This document shows positions 11,411 through 21,220 of a DNA stretch of 64,000 bases, piece by piece. Position numbers and translations under genes: made by a program. The DNA comes from Bacteroidia bacterium (GTDB lineage Bacteria; Bacteroidota; Bacteroidia; J057; JANRLA01), in contig JANRLA010000032.1 in assembly GCA_033763015.1 (NCBI GenBank), positions 10,036 to 74,035 of the forward strand. Reading direction: 5' to 3'. Numbering within the stretch: the stretch's first letter is position 1; each line of letters begins with the position of its first letter. The notes below the pieces were generated by a model that saw nothing but the letters and a program-made list of their open reading frames with translations, did not search any database and was not told the DNA's origin.

Positions 11411-11472
11411 GGGCGGCAAGGTAGAAAGCCCGTAGTTTTAAGGCGCGTATTCTGCGCCCAGCCCCACAACGT

Positions 11473-13239
11473 ATGATCGACCCCACGAGCAAGCTCAACA
11501 CGGTTTTGACCAAAAACCTGCAACAGATGGTCAAAGCCCAGCACAACATCCTCGAAACGCTGCCCAACCTGTCGGGGGCTGCTTTTCAGCAAATCACGGC
11601 CCAGGCCTGGGGCGAAATGGCGGGCGAAATCATGAAGAACCCCATGCCCTACCTGCAGCTGCAGCAGAACTGGTGGGAGCTGCAGTTCAAACTTTGGATG
11701 AGCTTTATGGAAGGTATGACCGGCAAGATTGAGCCTGTGGTGAGGCCCCACCCCAAAGACCGCCGCTTCGCCGATGAAGAATGGTACAAAAGCGCCGTCC
11801 ACAACTACCTGATGCAGACCTACCTGGTGAACACCCAGGCCCTGCAGCGGCTGGTAGATGCCTACGGCGGCAACGGCAAAACGGGCCGCACCTTGAGCTA
11901 CCAGGTGCGCCAACTCATCGAGGCCCTCTCGCCCAGCAACTATTTCTTGACCAACCCCGATGCCATTGCAAAGGCCATCGAGAGCCGGGGCATCAGCCTG
12001 GTGAACGGCTTTACCAACCTGGTGAATGACCTGAACCAAGGCCGGGTCACGATGACCGATACCAAGCCCTTCGAGGTGGGCAAGAACATCGCCGTCACGA
12101 AAGGCGCCGTGGTGTACGAAGACCCCCTGGTGCAGCTCTTGCAGTACAGCCCCACCACCGCCCAGGTGCACGAGCGGCCCGTGGTCATCCTGCCCCCGTG
12201 GATCAATAAGTTCTACATCCTAGACCTGCAGGCCAGCACCTCGTATGCCAAGTACAGCGTAGACCAGGGCTTTACCACGTTTATGGTCAGCTGGCGCAAC
12301 CCTTCCGACGAAATGGGTAACACCTCGTGGGAGGACTACATGACCTCGGCCCTCAGGTGCTTCGAAGCCGTACAGGCCATTACGGGCGCCAAAACCGTGA
12401 ATGCCGTCGGCTATTGCATTGGCGGCACCCTGCTGGCCTCGGTACTGGCCCACCTACAGGCCAAGAAGAAAGACTTCATTGGCGCCGTGACGCTCCTGGC
12501 CGCAATGGTCGACTTCACCGACCCCGGCGAGCTCTCGATCTTCATCGACGAGAAGCAGATTGGCGAGCGGGAACGCGAGTTCCTCGACGGCGGGGTATAC
12601 CCCGGCAACGTTATGGCCAATGCCTTTGCCTTCCTCAGGGCCAACGACCTGGTGTGGAGCTACGTGGTGAAAAACTACCTCAAGGGCGAAGACTACACGC
12701 CTTTCGACCTGCTGTACTGGAACAGCGACCCCACCAACCTGCCGGGCAACATGTACCTGTACTACATCCGGAACATGTACCTGAACAACGCCCTGGCCAA
12801 GCCCTGCGCCCTCGAGCTGCTCGGCACCAAGATCGACGTGAGCCAGGTAAAAAAGCCCCTGCTCATCGTGGCCTGCGAAGAAGACCACATCGCGCCCTGG
12901 CGTACGGTGTACAACGGCACCGAGGTGTTCGGGGGCCCCGACCGGCAATTCATCCTCTCCGAGTCGGGTCACATTGCGGGCATCGTCAACCCACCGGGCA
13001 AAAAGAAGCGTAAACACTACTACAACGGCCCCCTGGGGCAAGGCCCCGATGCCTGGCACGCGGGCGCACAAGTCGACGACGACTCGTGGTGGCCGCGGTG
13101 GGCCGAGTGGCTCAAGGGCCACAGCGGCAAGCAGGTGGCCGCACCTACAGCACTAGGCAGCAAGGACTACCCGGTCATAGAGCCAGCCCCTGGCCGCTAC
13201 GTTACCGAAGACGTAGACGTTACCGGGTGGGCCATGTAA
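11473..13239 (+). CDS. phaC: class I poly(R)-hydroxyalkanoate synthase
   Basis: 588 aa. It has the lipase-box-like GYCIGGT, the PPWINKFYILDL motif, and a C-terminal ESGHIAGIVNPP with the catalytic His. Confidence 0.9.
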   Translation: MIDPTSKLNTVLTKNLQQMVKAQHNILETLPNLSGAAFQQITAQAWGEMAGEIMKNPMPYLQLQQNWWELQFKLWMSFMEGMTGKIEPVVRPHPKDRRFADEEWYKSAVHNYLMQTYLVNTQALQRLVDAYGGNGKTGRTLSYQVRQLIEALSPSNYFLTNPDAIAKAIESRGISLVNGFTNLVNDLNQGRVTMTDTKPFEVGKNIAVTKGAVVYEDPLVQLLQYSPTTAQVHERPVVILPPWINKFYILDLQASTSYAKYSVDQGFTTFMVSWRNPSDEMGNTSWEDYMTSALRCFEAVQAITGAKTVNAVGYCIGGTLLASVLAHLQAKKKDFIGAVTLLAAMVDFTDPGELSIFIDEKQIGEREREFLDGGVYPGNVMANAFAFLRANDLVWSYVVKNYLKGEDYTPFDLLYWNSDPTNLPGNMYLYYIRNMYLNNALAKPCALELLGTKIDVSQVKKPLLIVACEEDHIAPWRTVYNGTEVFGGPDRQFILSESGHIAGIVNPPGKKKRKHYYNGPLGQGPDAWHAGAQVDDDSWWPRWAEWLKGHSGKQVAAPTALGSKDYPVIEPAPGRYVTEDVDVTGWAM

Positions 13240-13263
13240 CGCACGTATCCCCGTAACTGAAAT

Positions 13264-13292
13264 AAAAAGGGGGCCCAATGGGCCCCCTTTTT
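13264..13292. terminator. bidirectional rho-independent terminator between the convergent phaC and FecR/TPR genes
   Basis: AAAAAGGGGGCCCaatGGGCCCCCTTTTT forms a perfect 8-bp GC stem (13269-13276 / 13280-13287) flanked by an A-run and a T-run. Confidence 0.85.
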
Positions 13293-13315
13293 GTATCGTT
13301 TACGATGGCTACCGA

Positions 13316-14257
13316 TTAGTTGTCTAACCGAATCGTGCCCAGGATTTCTTTGGCGTAGCTGGCCAGGCCAATCTTGGCCAAAAACTCAGCGTAGATTTTG
13401 CGGTAACCTTCTACGTCGGGGTGGGCATTTACCGCGTTAGCGTAGGCCATCATGGCGCGGTCATACACCTGCTGCTCGGCGTAGTACTGGCCCAGGAAGA
13501 TGTTGCAGATGGCGCTGTTGGGGTCTTCGGCGTTGCCTTTAATCTCTTCGGCCGCTTTTTGGATGGCCGCGCGGTTTTCGGTGCCCAGCAGCACAAACGA
13601 AGGCTCGCCCGAGGGCATACCCCGCTTGCGGGTATTGGCAATCTGCCAGTAGTAGGGCTCGTTGGTGTTGAGCTTGAGCGGCAGCACGTCAACTACCACA
13701 AACGTGTCGGCCGTTTCGGTGGTGTAGAGCTCGTTGCCGTTGATGTCGGAGATCTTGAAGAAGTAGCTGGGGGCATCGTCCTGTTTGCGCCAGATGAAGG
13801 TCACCTGGTTGTCGATGATCTTCGAGTTCATGGGGCTGAGAGGCTGTGGGGCCAGCGAACGCTCTACGGCACCCAGGTTGGCCATGTTGTTGCCCGCCTT
13901 ATTGCTCGTGCTACGGTTTACAACGTAGTCTACGTACTTGCCGCTCACCGAACTGGAGGCTGTACCCGAGGCCGGCACCAGGTTGCGCAGGTTGTAGGTG
14001 CCACTTTGCTTCATCTCGAAGGTCTTCGTGTTGTTCAGGATGACCGCCGCGTAGGCCCCTTGGGCTACTTTGAGCTTGGCGTCTTCCTGCAGCTTCAGGC
14101 CCGTACGGGCGCGGTTCCAGCTGCTGCCATCGTCGGTATACTGCACATCGCCCGATACGGCCATGAGCAAGAACGTATTCTGCCCGTACGCGCGGGGCGC
14201 GGTGAGCGCAAGGCCTGCCAGGAGCAGGAGGCTTGCAAAGGTCAAGTTGCGTGTCAT
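13316..14257 (-). CDS. secreted FecR-domain / TPR protein
   Basis: Signal peptide MTRNLTFASLLLLAGLALTAPRAYGQ. There is a FecR-like segment AVSGDVQYTDDGSSWNRARTGLKLQEDAKLKVAQGAYAAVILNNTKTFEMKQSGTY and C-terminal TPR-like helices (GQYYAEQQVYDRAMMAYANAV). Confidence 0.65.
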   Translation of the reverse strand: MTRNLTFASLLLLAGLALTAPRAYGQNTFLLMAVSGDVQYTDDGSSWNRARTGLKLQEDAKLKVAQGAYAAVILNNTKTFEMKQSGTYNLRNLVPASGTASSSVSGKYVDYVVNRSTSNKAGNNMANLGAVERSLAPQPLSPMNSKIIDNQVTFIWRKQDDAPSYFFKISDINGNELYTTETADTFVVVDVLPLKLNTNEPYYWQIANTRKRGMPSGEPSFVLLGTENRAAIQKAAEEIKGNAEDPNSAICNIFLGQYYAEQQVYDRAMMAYANAVNAHPDVEGYRKIYAEFLAKIGLASYAKEILGTIRLDN

Positions 14258-14288
14258 CGAAAGTTAGAAGAAGTCTGTGTGTGGATGG

Positions 14289-15545
14289 CTACGTAGAGGA
14301 CTTACGCAAAGGCCGTACCAATTGCAGCCTGCCACCGGTAAAAGTTTTGTCGTAGAAAGGTAAAAAGATTTCGAGGATGATGGGGCCCAGAACCACACCA
14401 ACGGTCAAGAGCGTGAAGTCAACCTGGTACCTGGAGCGGTCAAAAATCCAGACCACCACGTACAGCAGCAGAAAGGTGAAGGCGATTTGTAGGATGGGCA
14501 CCACGATGTCGAACCAGTTGGGCAGCCGGTAGTGCAGCCACGTGAGCCCGGCCAGTACCAGGTGGGTAAGCACCAGCGCCAGTACGACACTCAGCCACGT
14601 GGGCATGGTGTCGATGTAGGCGTCTTTGAGCATCATAGACAAAAAGTTGGCGTGTACGTAGATACCGTACAGGTCTGGGAAGGTCTTGCCCGCGTACTGC
14701 TCGTTCATGGGCGTGAAGTACAAGTCCTCGAGGTCGCGCCGCCGCTCGTCGGCCTTCACGTAGGCCATAAGCACAATTTTGCCCTGGATAAAGCTCAGGT
14801 CTTCCGTGGGGTCGGCGGCGACTTCCTGTTCCAGAAAAAAGAAGTTGCGGATGTTGCCCTGCCAGTTGATGGTCTCGATACGGTTGCCGCGTTTCAGGCA
14901 GCGCTCGGCCACAGCGGGGTTGTAGAGCCGCATAATGGCCACCGAAAAGGACGGCTCCTCGTAGCGTCCGGCCACGGTTTGGATGGGGCTAACGCCCCGG
15001 ATGGTGCGCTTGGAGTAGTCGTCGTTGACGATGTTGGCGAAGCCAGTCTTGACGTAGCGGTTGTAGTAGGGATGCGAGGTCAAGACGGTATCGAAGGTGG
15101 CGGTCTTGGCGTCGTAACCACTGAGCTCGCTTACGAGCACAATGTTATCGTAGCGCTGAAAGGTGGCGGCTACCGCCGAGTCGCGGGCCTGGGCGGCCAG
15201 GCTATCGGCCCGGGTTGCACCGCGCATGAGCCGGTTTACTTCCAGTTCGCGGAACAGGGCATCAATGCCGATGACCTTGGGCTTAAAGCGCTGCAAGTTG
15301 TTTACCTGCGCCATGACCTCATCGCGCCGAAGCTGCCCTATGTTCACCACGACAATGTTGGTATCGACCCTATTGTCGTAGTCGGTCAGCTTCGAGAATA
15401 CGATGTCGGTGGTTTTAAAGTCGGCCAGCGCCTCGCTGATGGGGTCTATCGTGGCCGGGAGCGGGATTTTGCTCAGCGCCCACACGAAAAAGAACACCAG
15501 CGCTGTGGCGACCAGCACTTTCACCGAAACCAGGTACTTCAGCAT
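14289..15545 (-). CDS. CHASE2-domain membrane sensor without a recognisable output domain
   Basis: It has an N-terminal TM helix, then VVVNIGQLRRDEVMAQVNNLQRFKPKVIGIDALF, which is typical of CHASE2, and three C-terminal TM helices. The protein ends after the last helix (418 aa). Confidence 0.7.
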   Translation of the reverse strand: MLKYLVSVKVLVATALVFFFVWALSKIPLPATIDPISEALADFKTTDIVFSKLTDYDNRVDTNIVVVNIGQLRRDEVMAQVNNLQRFKPKVIGIDALFRELEVNRLMRGATRADSLAAQARDSAVAATFQRYDNIVLVSELSGYDAKTATFDTVLTSHPYYNRYVKTGFANIVNDDYSKRTIRGVSPIQTVAGRYEEPSFSVAIMRLYNPAVAERCLKRGNRIETINWQGNIRNFFFLEQEVAADPTEDLSFIQGKIVLMAYVKADERRRDLEDLYFTPMNEQYAGKTFPDLYGIYVHANFLSMMLKDAYIDTMPTWLSVVLALVLTHLVLAGLTWLHYRLPNWFDIVVPILQIAFTFLLLYVVVWIFDRSRYQVDFTLLTVGVVLGPIILEIFLPFYDKTFTGGRLQLVRPLRKSST

Positions 15546-15656
15546 CGCTCAATTAGTTGCGGGGGGCAAGTATGCCCCCCCAATGAGGTTACAAGTTACG
15601 CCTGAGGGCCTTATGTGGCCTGGGGGCTGAAGGATGGACGACTGCTGGCAGCGGCG

Positions 15657-16208
15657 CTAGTCGCAGTCGCAGTGGTAGTAGGCGTAGGTGGTGCGCTCGT
15701 AGTAGTCGGCCGTGGGGTGCTTTACCCAGTAGGTGATGTACAGGTTGTTGGCCACGCGGTGCAGCTGTACATACTCGTAGAACCAATTGCGCGTGGCGCG
15801 GAAGCGCACCACCTGGGGCCGTGCAAACTCGATGGCCAGTGGCGCCCCCTGCACCGAAAACGCAGGGGTATCGAAGACCAGTTTTTGAAGGGTGGGGTCG
15901 CCCTCGGTAAAGCGCAGGTCCGTCATTTCGAGCGGCTGTTGGGCCTGCTGGGCCAGGCGGGCGGCCCCGTCGATAACGTAGCTGTCGGGGCGGTCGTCTA
16001 CGCTTACCCAGACCATGGCCAGGCTGTCAGGGTGGCCTTCGAGCGAAAAGCACTCACTGAAGCGGTTCCAGTCTTCCAGCGGCAGCCAGGCCCCCACCAG
16101 CCACTGCAGGTCGGCCAGGCGGGTACTGTCGGGCTGCTGCGCCGTACCGGCTAGCGGCTTGGCCAGTAGCGCGAGTACCCATACGGCCACAGCTGTGCGT
16201 ATTTTCAT
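15657..16208 (-). CDS. hypothetical secreted protein
   Basis: 183 aa with the signal peptide MKIRTAVAVWVLALLAKPLAGTAQQ. No family was recognised. Confidence 0.55.
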   Translation of the reverse strand: MKIRTAVAVWVLALLAKPLAGTAQQPDSTRLADLQWLVGAWLPLEDWNRFSECFSLEGHPDSLAMVWVSVDDRPDSYVIDGAARLAQQAQQPLEMTDLRFTEGDPTLQKLVFDTPAFSVQGAPLAIEFARPQVVRFRATRNWFYEYVQLHRVANNLYITYWVKHPTADYYERTTYAYYHCDCD

Positions 16209-16261
16209 GGTCTGAAACCCCTCGCGGTTTGCTCGTCCAAGTTAAATGCCCCAGTTAGCCC

Positions 16262-17563
16262 ATGCCCGTTAACCTCATTAAGCTTTCGATACCCATTTTT
16301 TTGGGCCTGGTGGGGGTAGAGCTGATTGCCTTGTGGGTGCTGCGCAGGCCCTACATCCGCCTCAACGATTCGATTGCCGACCTGGCGTGCGGCATCCTGA
16401 GCCAGCTGGCCGACATTTTCACCAAGGGCGTTCAGATCTTCTTCTTTTACCTGGTCTGGCAGCACCTTAGGCTCCAGCACCTGGGCCTGCCCGAGCTGCC
16501 ACTCGACCACGCCACCCACGGCTGGGTCTGGGCAGCGGTCACCTGGTCGGTAGGCTTCGTGCTCATCGACCTGGCTTACTATTGGTACCACCGCACCGCC
16601 CACGAGGTGAACTTCTTTTGGGCCGTAAGCCACATTGTGCACCACCAGAGCGAGGAGTACAACCTGACCGTAGCCCTGCGGCAGAGCGCCTTTGGGGGGT
16701 TTGTCAGCTGGCTGTTTTACCTGCCCATTGCGCTGTTGGGCTTCCCGTGGGAGGTGTTTGCCACCTGCTACGCGCTTAACCTCATCTACCAGTTCTGGAT
16801 CCACACCCGGCTCATCGGGCGTATGCCCCGGTGGTTTGAGGCCGTCATGAACACCCCCAGCCACCACCGGGTGCATCACGGGCGCAACCCCAAGTACATC
16901 GACAAGAATTACGCCGGGGTGTTTATCGTGTGGGACCGCCTCTTTGGCACCTACCAGCCCGAAGAAGACGAGCCCGCCTACGGCCTCACCAAGCCCCTGC
17001 GTAGCTGGAACCCCCTCTGGGCCAACCTGCACGCCATTTGGGACCTCTTCACCGATGCCTGGCGTACCCGCCGCTGGGCCGACAAGCTGCGCGTGTTCTA
17101 CATGCCCCCCGGCTACAAACCGCCTGACCTGGGCGGGCCCGGCCCCCACGGCGGCGTACTGGCCCCGCCCTACGTAGACCGCAGCACCCAAACCCTGTTC
17201 AACCCGCCGGTGGTCTTGGGCGTACGGGCCTACGTGCTACTCCAGTTTGCGGCCATAGTGGCCGTAGCCCTGCCCTTGTTTGGTTACAGCTACCGGGAGC
17301 AGCCGCTTGAGGTAGGGGTGGGGGTCTTCTTCGTTACCCTGACGCTGGTTAACCTGGGCGGGCTGCTCGAAAACCGCCGCTGGGCCTACCTATCTGATCT
17401 GGCACGCCTGGCCACGGCCTGCGTGGCTGCCCTGTGGCTGCTGGTGGCCGACCCTGCCCAGTGGTTTACGCCCGCGGTGGGGGTACTGGGCCTAGCGGCG
17501 CTAAGCGGCCTGTGGCTCCTGCGGCTGGAAAAGCGGTTGGGCGAACCGGTGCAGGTGGCGTAA
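16262..17563 (+). CDS. fatty-acid hydroxylase / sterol desaturase superfamily protein with extra C-terminal TM domain
   Basis: It has the histidine boxes YWYHRTAHE, HIVHHQSEEYN and SHHRVHHGRNPKYIDKNYAGVFIVWDRLFGTY, giving an alkylglycerol-monooxygenase-like layout. The last roughly 130 aa form additional hydrophobic helices. Confidence 0.8.
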   Translation: MPVNLIKLSIPIFLGLVGVELIALWVLRRPYIRLNDSIADLACGILSQLADIFTKGVQIFFFYLVWQHLRLQHLGLPELPLDHATHGWVWAAVTWSVGFVLIDLAYYWYHRTAHEVNFFWAVSHIVHHQSEEYNLTVALRQSAFGGFVSWLFYLPIALLGFPWEVFATCYALNLIYQFWIHTRLIGRMPRWFEAVMNTPSHHRVHHGRNPKYIDKNYAGVFIVWDRLFGTYQPEEDEPAYGLTKPLRSWNPLWANLHAIWDLFTDAWRTRRWADKLRVFYMPPGYKPPDLGGPGPHGGVLAPPYVDRSTQTLFNPPVVLGVRAYVLLQFAAIVAVALPLFGYSYREQPLEVGVGVFFVTLTLVNLGGLLENRRWAYLSDLARLATACVAALWLLVADPAQWFTPAVGVLGLAALSGLWLLRLEKRLGEPVQVA

Positions 17564-17663
17564 GCGGGGTGTTACCAAGGCTTTAACACGCCCTCCGGCA
17601 GGGTATTGGGTAGTTCCTGCGACCAAAAACCGTGTACCTTACCGCCATTAGCCGCCCCTTGCA

Positions 17664-20504
17664 ATGGACAAGTTCAGCTACCTCTCCAACGCCGACCCCA
17701 CCACGCTCGATAGCCTTTACCAGCAGTACCTGGCCGACCCCACCAGCGTAAGCCTCGACTGGGCCCGCTTCTTCGAGGGCTTCGACCTGGCCAGCGCCCG
17801 TTTCCCGCAAAAGCCTGGCGCCAACGGCAGCCACGCCACAGCTACGGCGGCCACGCGCGGGTACTCAGACCAGCACGTACAACAGGAAATCAGCGTCCTG
17901 AACCTCATTGCGGGCTACCGCACCCGGGGGCACCTCTTTGCTAACATCAACCCCATCCTGCCGCGCAAGGAGTACCAGCCACCGCTGGACCTGAGCCAGT
18001 TTGGCCTATCGGTCGAGGCGCTCGACACCGTGTTTCAGGCCGGCGAGGTGCTCGGCATGGGCCCTTCTACCCTGCGCCAGATCCTCGAGCACCTGGAAGA
18101 GACCTACTGCGGCAAGGTGGGCGTAGAGTACATGTACGCCCGCATCCCGGCCATCGTCAAGTGGTTCCAGGAGCGCATGGAGCCCACCCGCAACCGGCCC
18201 AACTACCCGAGCGAGAAGAAGTACCACATCCTGCGCAAACTGGGCCAGGCCAACACCTTCGAGGCCTTTCTGCACAAAAAGTTCGTGGGCCAGAAGCGCT
18301 TTTCGCTCGAAGGGGCCGAGGCCCTGATACCGGCGCTCGATGGCATCATCGAGCACGGGGCCCAGTTGGGCATCGAAGAGTTTGTCATCGGCATGGCCCA
18401 CCGGGGTCGGCTCAACGTGCTGACCAACATCATGCAGAAGGAATACGATGTGGTGTTCGGCGAGTTTGAGGGCAAAGGCGTGGCCGACGACGTGTTCGAC
18501 GGCGACGTGAAGTACCACATGGGCTTCTCCTCCGATGTGCGCCTGGCTTTCGGCGACCAGGTGAAGCACGTGCACCTGAGCCTGCAGCCCAACCCCAGCC
18601 ACCTCGAGGCCGTAAACCCCGTCGTGCTGGGCGCCGCCCGCGCCAAGATGGACCAGCTCTACGAGGGCGACCACAACCGCATTTGCCCCATCCTCATCCA
18701 TGGCGACGCCTCGGTGGCCGGGCAGGGCATTGGCTTTGAGCTTATCCAGATGAGCCGCCTGAGGGGCTACGAGGTGGGCGGGGCCGTACACATTGTGGTG
18801 AACAACCAGGTGGGCTTTACCACCGACGAGAAAGACGCCCGCAGCAGCACCTATTGTTCCGACGTGGCCAAGGTGACCCTCAGCCCGGTCTTTCACGTCA
18901 ACGGCGACGATGCCGAGGCGGTGGTGTATGTCACGCAACTGGCCATCGAATTCCGCCAGCGGTTCAACCGCGATGTGTTTATCGACATCGTCTGCTACCG
19001 CAAGTACGGCCACAACGAGGGCGACGAACCGCGCTTCACGCAGCCGCGCATGTACGTCGCCATCGCCAAGCACAAAGACCCCTTTGCCCTATTGGCCGAG
19101 CGCTACCTGGCCGAGAAGAGCCTCACGCAGGCCCAGCTCGATGCCCTGAACCAGCAGCTGGCCGACAACCTGGACAAAGAGCTGGAAGAAAGCAAAGCCC
19201 ACCAGGCCGATGCGCCCCTCAACGTTAAGCTGCAGCGCATCTGGGAAGGCATTGAGTTCTACAACGACCACCAGCTAGAGGCCGACCCCGACACGCGCGT
19301 CAAGCGCCCCGTGCTCGACCAGCTCGCCAAACAACTGGCCCACATCCCCGAGGGGTTCGAGCCCCACCGCAACATCCAGAAGCTCTTCGAGCAGCGCGGC
19401 GAGATGCTCAAGAACGACGCTGTCGATTGGGGCATGGCCGAACTCATGGCCTACGGCAGCCTGCTGCTGGAGGGCTACCCGGTGCGCATGACGGGCCAAG
19501 ATGTCGAGCGAGGCACCTTCAGCCACCGCCACGCCGTGATCACGGACCAGAACACGGGCATGAAGTACATCGCCCTGAACGGCCTGGCCGAGCCGCAGCC
19601 CCAGTTCATGATTCACAACTCGCTGCTCTCCGAGTTCGCCGTCATGGGCTTTGAGTACGGCTACGCCAGCGCCGCCCCCAAAACCCTCACGCTCTGGGAG
19701 GCCCAGTTCGGCGACTTCGTCAACGGCGCGCAGATCATCATCGACCAGTTCCTTTCGGCCTGCAAAACCAAATGGCAGCGCATGAACGGCCTGGTGCTGC
19801 TGTTGCCCCATGGCTACGAGGGCCAGGGCCCCGAGCACAGCTCGGCGCGCATGGAGCGGTTCTTGACGCTCTGCGCCGAGAACAACATGTTCGTGTGCAA
19901 CATCACCAACCCGGCCAACTTCTTCCACGCCCTCCGTCGGCAACTGCTCACGCCCTACCGGCGCCCGCTGGTGGTCTTTACGCCCAAGAGCCTGCTGCGT
20001 TTGCCGGCAGCGGTATCGAAGGCCGATGAGTTTACCAAAAACCGCTTTAGGCCGCTCATTGACAGCAAAACCGCCGACCCCAAGCAGGTGACGCGCATTG
20101 TGCTGTGCTCGGGTAAGATCTACTACGACCTCAAGGCCAACCAGTTGCACCATGCGGCCGCCAACGTGGCCCTCGTGCGCCTCGAGCAGCTCTACCCCCT
20201 GCCCACCCAGGCCATCCTAGACCTCCTGGCCAAGTACAAAAAGGCCAAAGAGGTGGTCTGGTGCCAGGAAGAGCCCGAAAACATGGGCCCCTGGCCGCTC
20301 ATTGCCCGCAAGATGCTGCCCCTGGTGCCGCACCTGCAGGTAGTGGCCCGCAAAGAGAGCGCCAGCCCGGCCACAGGCTCTATCAGCCAGCACACGCGCC
20401 AGCAGCACTACCTGGTACGCAAGGCCCTGAACCTGGCCCCCGACGCCGAGATCGCCTACGCCAACAACCTGCGCCCCCAAGACATTTTTGTGGACACCGA
20501 CTAG
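17664..20504 (+). CDS. sucA: 2-oxoglutarate dehydrogenase E1 component
   Basis: 946 aa. It begins MDKFSYLSNADPTTLDSLYQQYL, and has the ThDP region GMAHRGRLNVL and the DAS..GQG..E and transketolase-like motifs typical of SucA. Confidence 0.95.
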   Translation: MDKFSYLSNADPTTLDSLYQQYLADPTSVSLDWARFFEGFDLASARFPQKPGANGSHATATAATRGYSDQHVQQEISVLNLIAGYRTRGHLFANINPILPRKEYQPPLDLSQFGLSVEALDTVFQAGEVLGMGPSTLRQILEHLEETYCGKVGVEYMYARIPAIVKWFQERMEPTRNRPNYPSEKKYHILRKLGQANTFEAFLHKKFVGQKRFSLEGAEALIPALDGIIEHGAQLGIEEFVIGMAHRGRLNVLTNIMQKEYDVVFGEFEGKGVADDVFDGDVKYHMGFSSDVRLAFGDQVKHVHLSLQPNPSHLEAVNPVVLGAARAKMDQLYEGDHNRICPILIHGDASVAGQGIGFELIQMSRLRGYEVGGAVHIVVNNQVGFTTDEKDARSSTYCSDVAKVTLSPVFHVNGDDAEAVVYVTQLAIEFRQRFNRDVFIDIVCYRKYGHNEGDEPRFTQPRMYVAIAKHKDPFALLAERYLAEKSLTQAQLDALNQQLADNLDKELEESKAHQADAPLNVKLQRIWEGIEFYNDHQLEADPDTRVKRPVLDQLAKQLAHIPEGFEPHRNIQKLFEQRGEMLKNDAVDWGMAELMAYGSLLLEGYPVRMTGQDVERGTFSHRHAVITDQNTGMKYIALNGLAEPQPQFMIHNSLLSEFAVMGFEYGYASAAPKTLTLWEAQFGDFVNGAQIIIDQFLSACKTKWQRMNGLVLLLPHGYEGQGPEHSSARMERFLTLCAENNMFVCNITNPANFFHALRRQLLTPYRRPLVVFTPKSLLRLPAAVSKADEFTKNRFRPLIDSKTADPKQVTRIVLCSGKIYYDLKANQLHHAAANVALVRLEQLYPLPTQAILDLLAKYKKAKEVVWCQEEPENMGPWPLIARKMLPLVPHLQVVARKESASPATGSISQHTRQQHYLVRKALNLAPDAEIAYANNLRPQDIFVDTD

Positions 20505-20513
20505 CGCGGCAAG

Positions 20514-20879
20514 GTGAGGCGGATAGTTGATTTCTTCCGGAGAGCTGAGCGTTTTTCGCTTATAGCGTTTTGGTTACTGTTAGCTATATTTATTCTTCGC
20601 ATTTTGATCCTATTAGAAGCGACCCGTGAATCATTTGCCTCATTTTTTGAATGCATATTTGGCGAAACGGGTGCTGTTGTTGGCTCTTTAGTCTATGTTG
20701 GTGCAGTCATATTAACTGCTACAGGCGCTATACGATACCGGCGATCGCTTCGACGTCACGGGGACAGGCAAATTCATGCTTTTTTCATCAAAGCCAATGC
20801 CATTATTATTGTGGCTATTTATGTTGTGCCAATTTATCTATTGATACTTGCTCATCTAATCTATGGCTTGACCCGCTAA
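20514..20879 (+). CDS. small hypothetical membrane protein (paralogue 1)
   Basis: 121 aa with a GTG start, in an AT-rich islet. The N-terminus RRIVDFFRRAERFSLIAFWLL is shared with the next ORF. It has 3-4 hydrophobic helices. Confidence 0.45.
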   Translation: MRRIVDFFRRAERFSLIAFWLLLAIFILRILILLEATRESFASFFECIFGETGAVVGSLVYVGAVILTATGAIRYRRSLRRHGDRQIHAFFIKANAIIIVAIYVVPIYLLILAHLIYGLTR

Positions 20880-20893
20880 ACTCCAGGTTACTA

Positions 20894-21220
20894 GTGCCGA
20901 TTATTCGCTTTTTGCGGCGTGCCGAGGGCTTTTCCCTTGTCGCTTTTCTTACTGGAGTAGCCCCCTACCTGTACTTCATGGGCGTATGGCTACGGTTTAA
21001 GCTATCTGGGGTCAAAGAATCCCTTAGCCTGGGTAGAATAGTTGTAGCTTATTCCGCGGCCTACCCGGGACTTAGCTACCTATGGTTGTGCGCTTTGATC
21101 TGCTTGTTCGTTAGTCTCTGCCGGTATTTTTTAGTTCTGCGGAAAACGAAAGAGCGGGATATGCACTTTCACTTCGTCTGGCTAAGTGCCCTCTTGGTAG
21201 TTCTGTTCTTTTCTCTGTAG
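20894..21220 (+). CDS. small hypothetical membrane protein (paralogue 2)
   Basis: This is in the frame of ORF-track 20651..21220, with a proposed GTG start at 20894 giving VPIIRFLRRAEGFSLVAFL, parallel to paralogue 1. The start is uncertain. Confidence 0.4.
   Translation: MPIIRFLRRAEGFSLVAFLTGVAPYLYFMGVWLRFKLSGVKESLSLGRIVVAYSAAYPGLSYLWLCALICLFVSLCRYFLVLRKTKERDMHFHFVWLSALLVVLFFSL

Noticed and set aside
16205-17191. A 328-aa minus-strand ORF opposite the fatty-acid hydroxylase gene.
   Set aside because: The plus-strand frame carries the complete His-box signature. The antisense frame is low-complexity.
18006-20153. Two long minus-strand ORFs (355 and 292 aa) inside sucA.
   Set aside because: They are antisense to SucA, which is collinear with known E1o enzymes. 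This is a typical high-G+C artefact.
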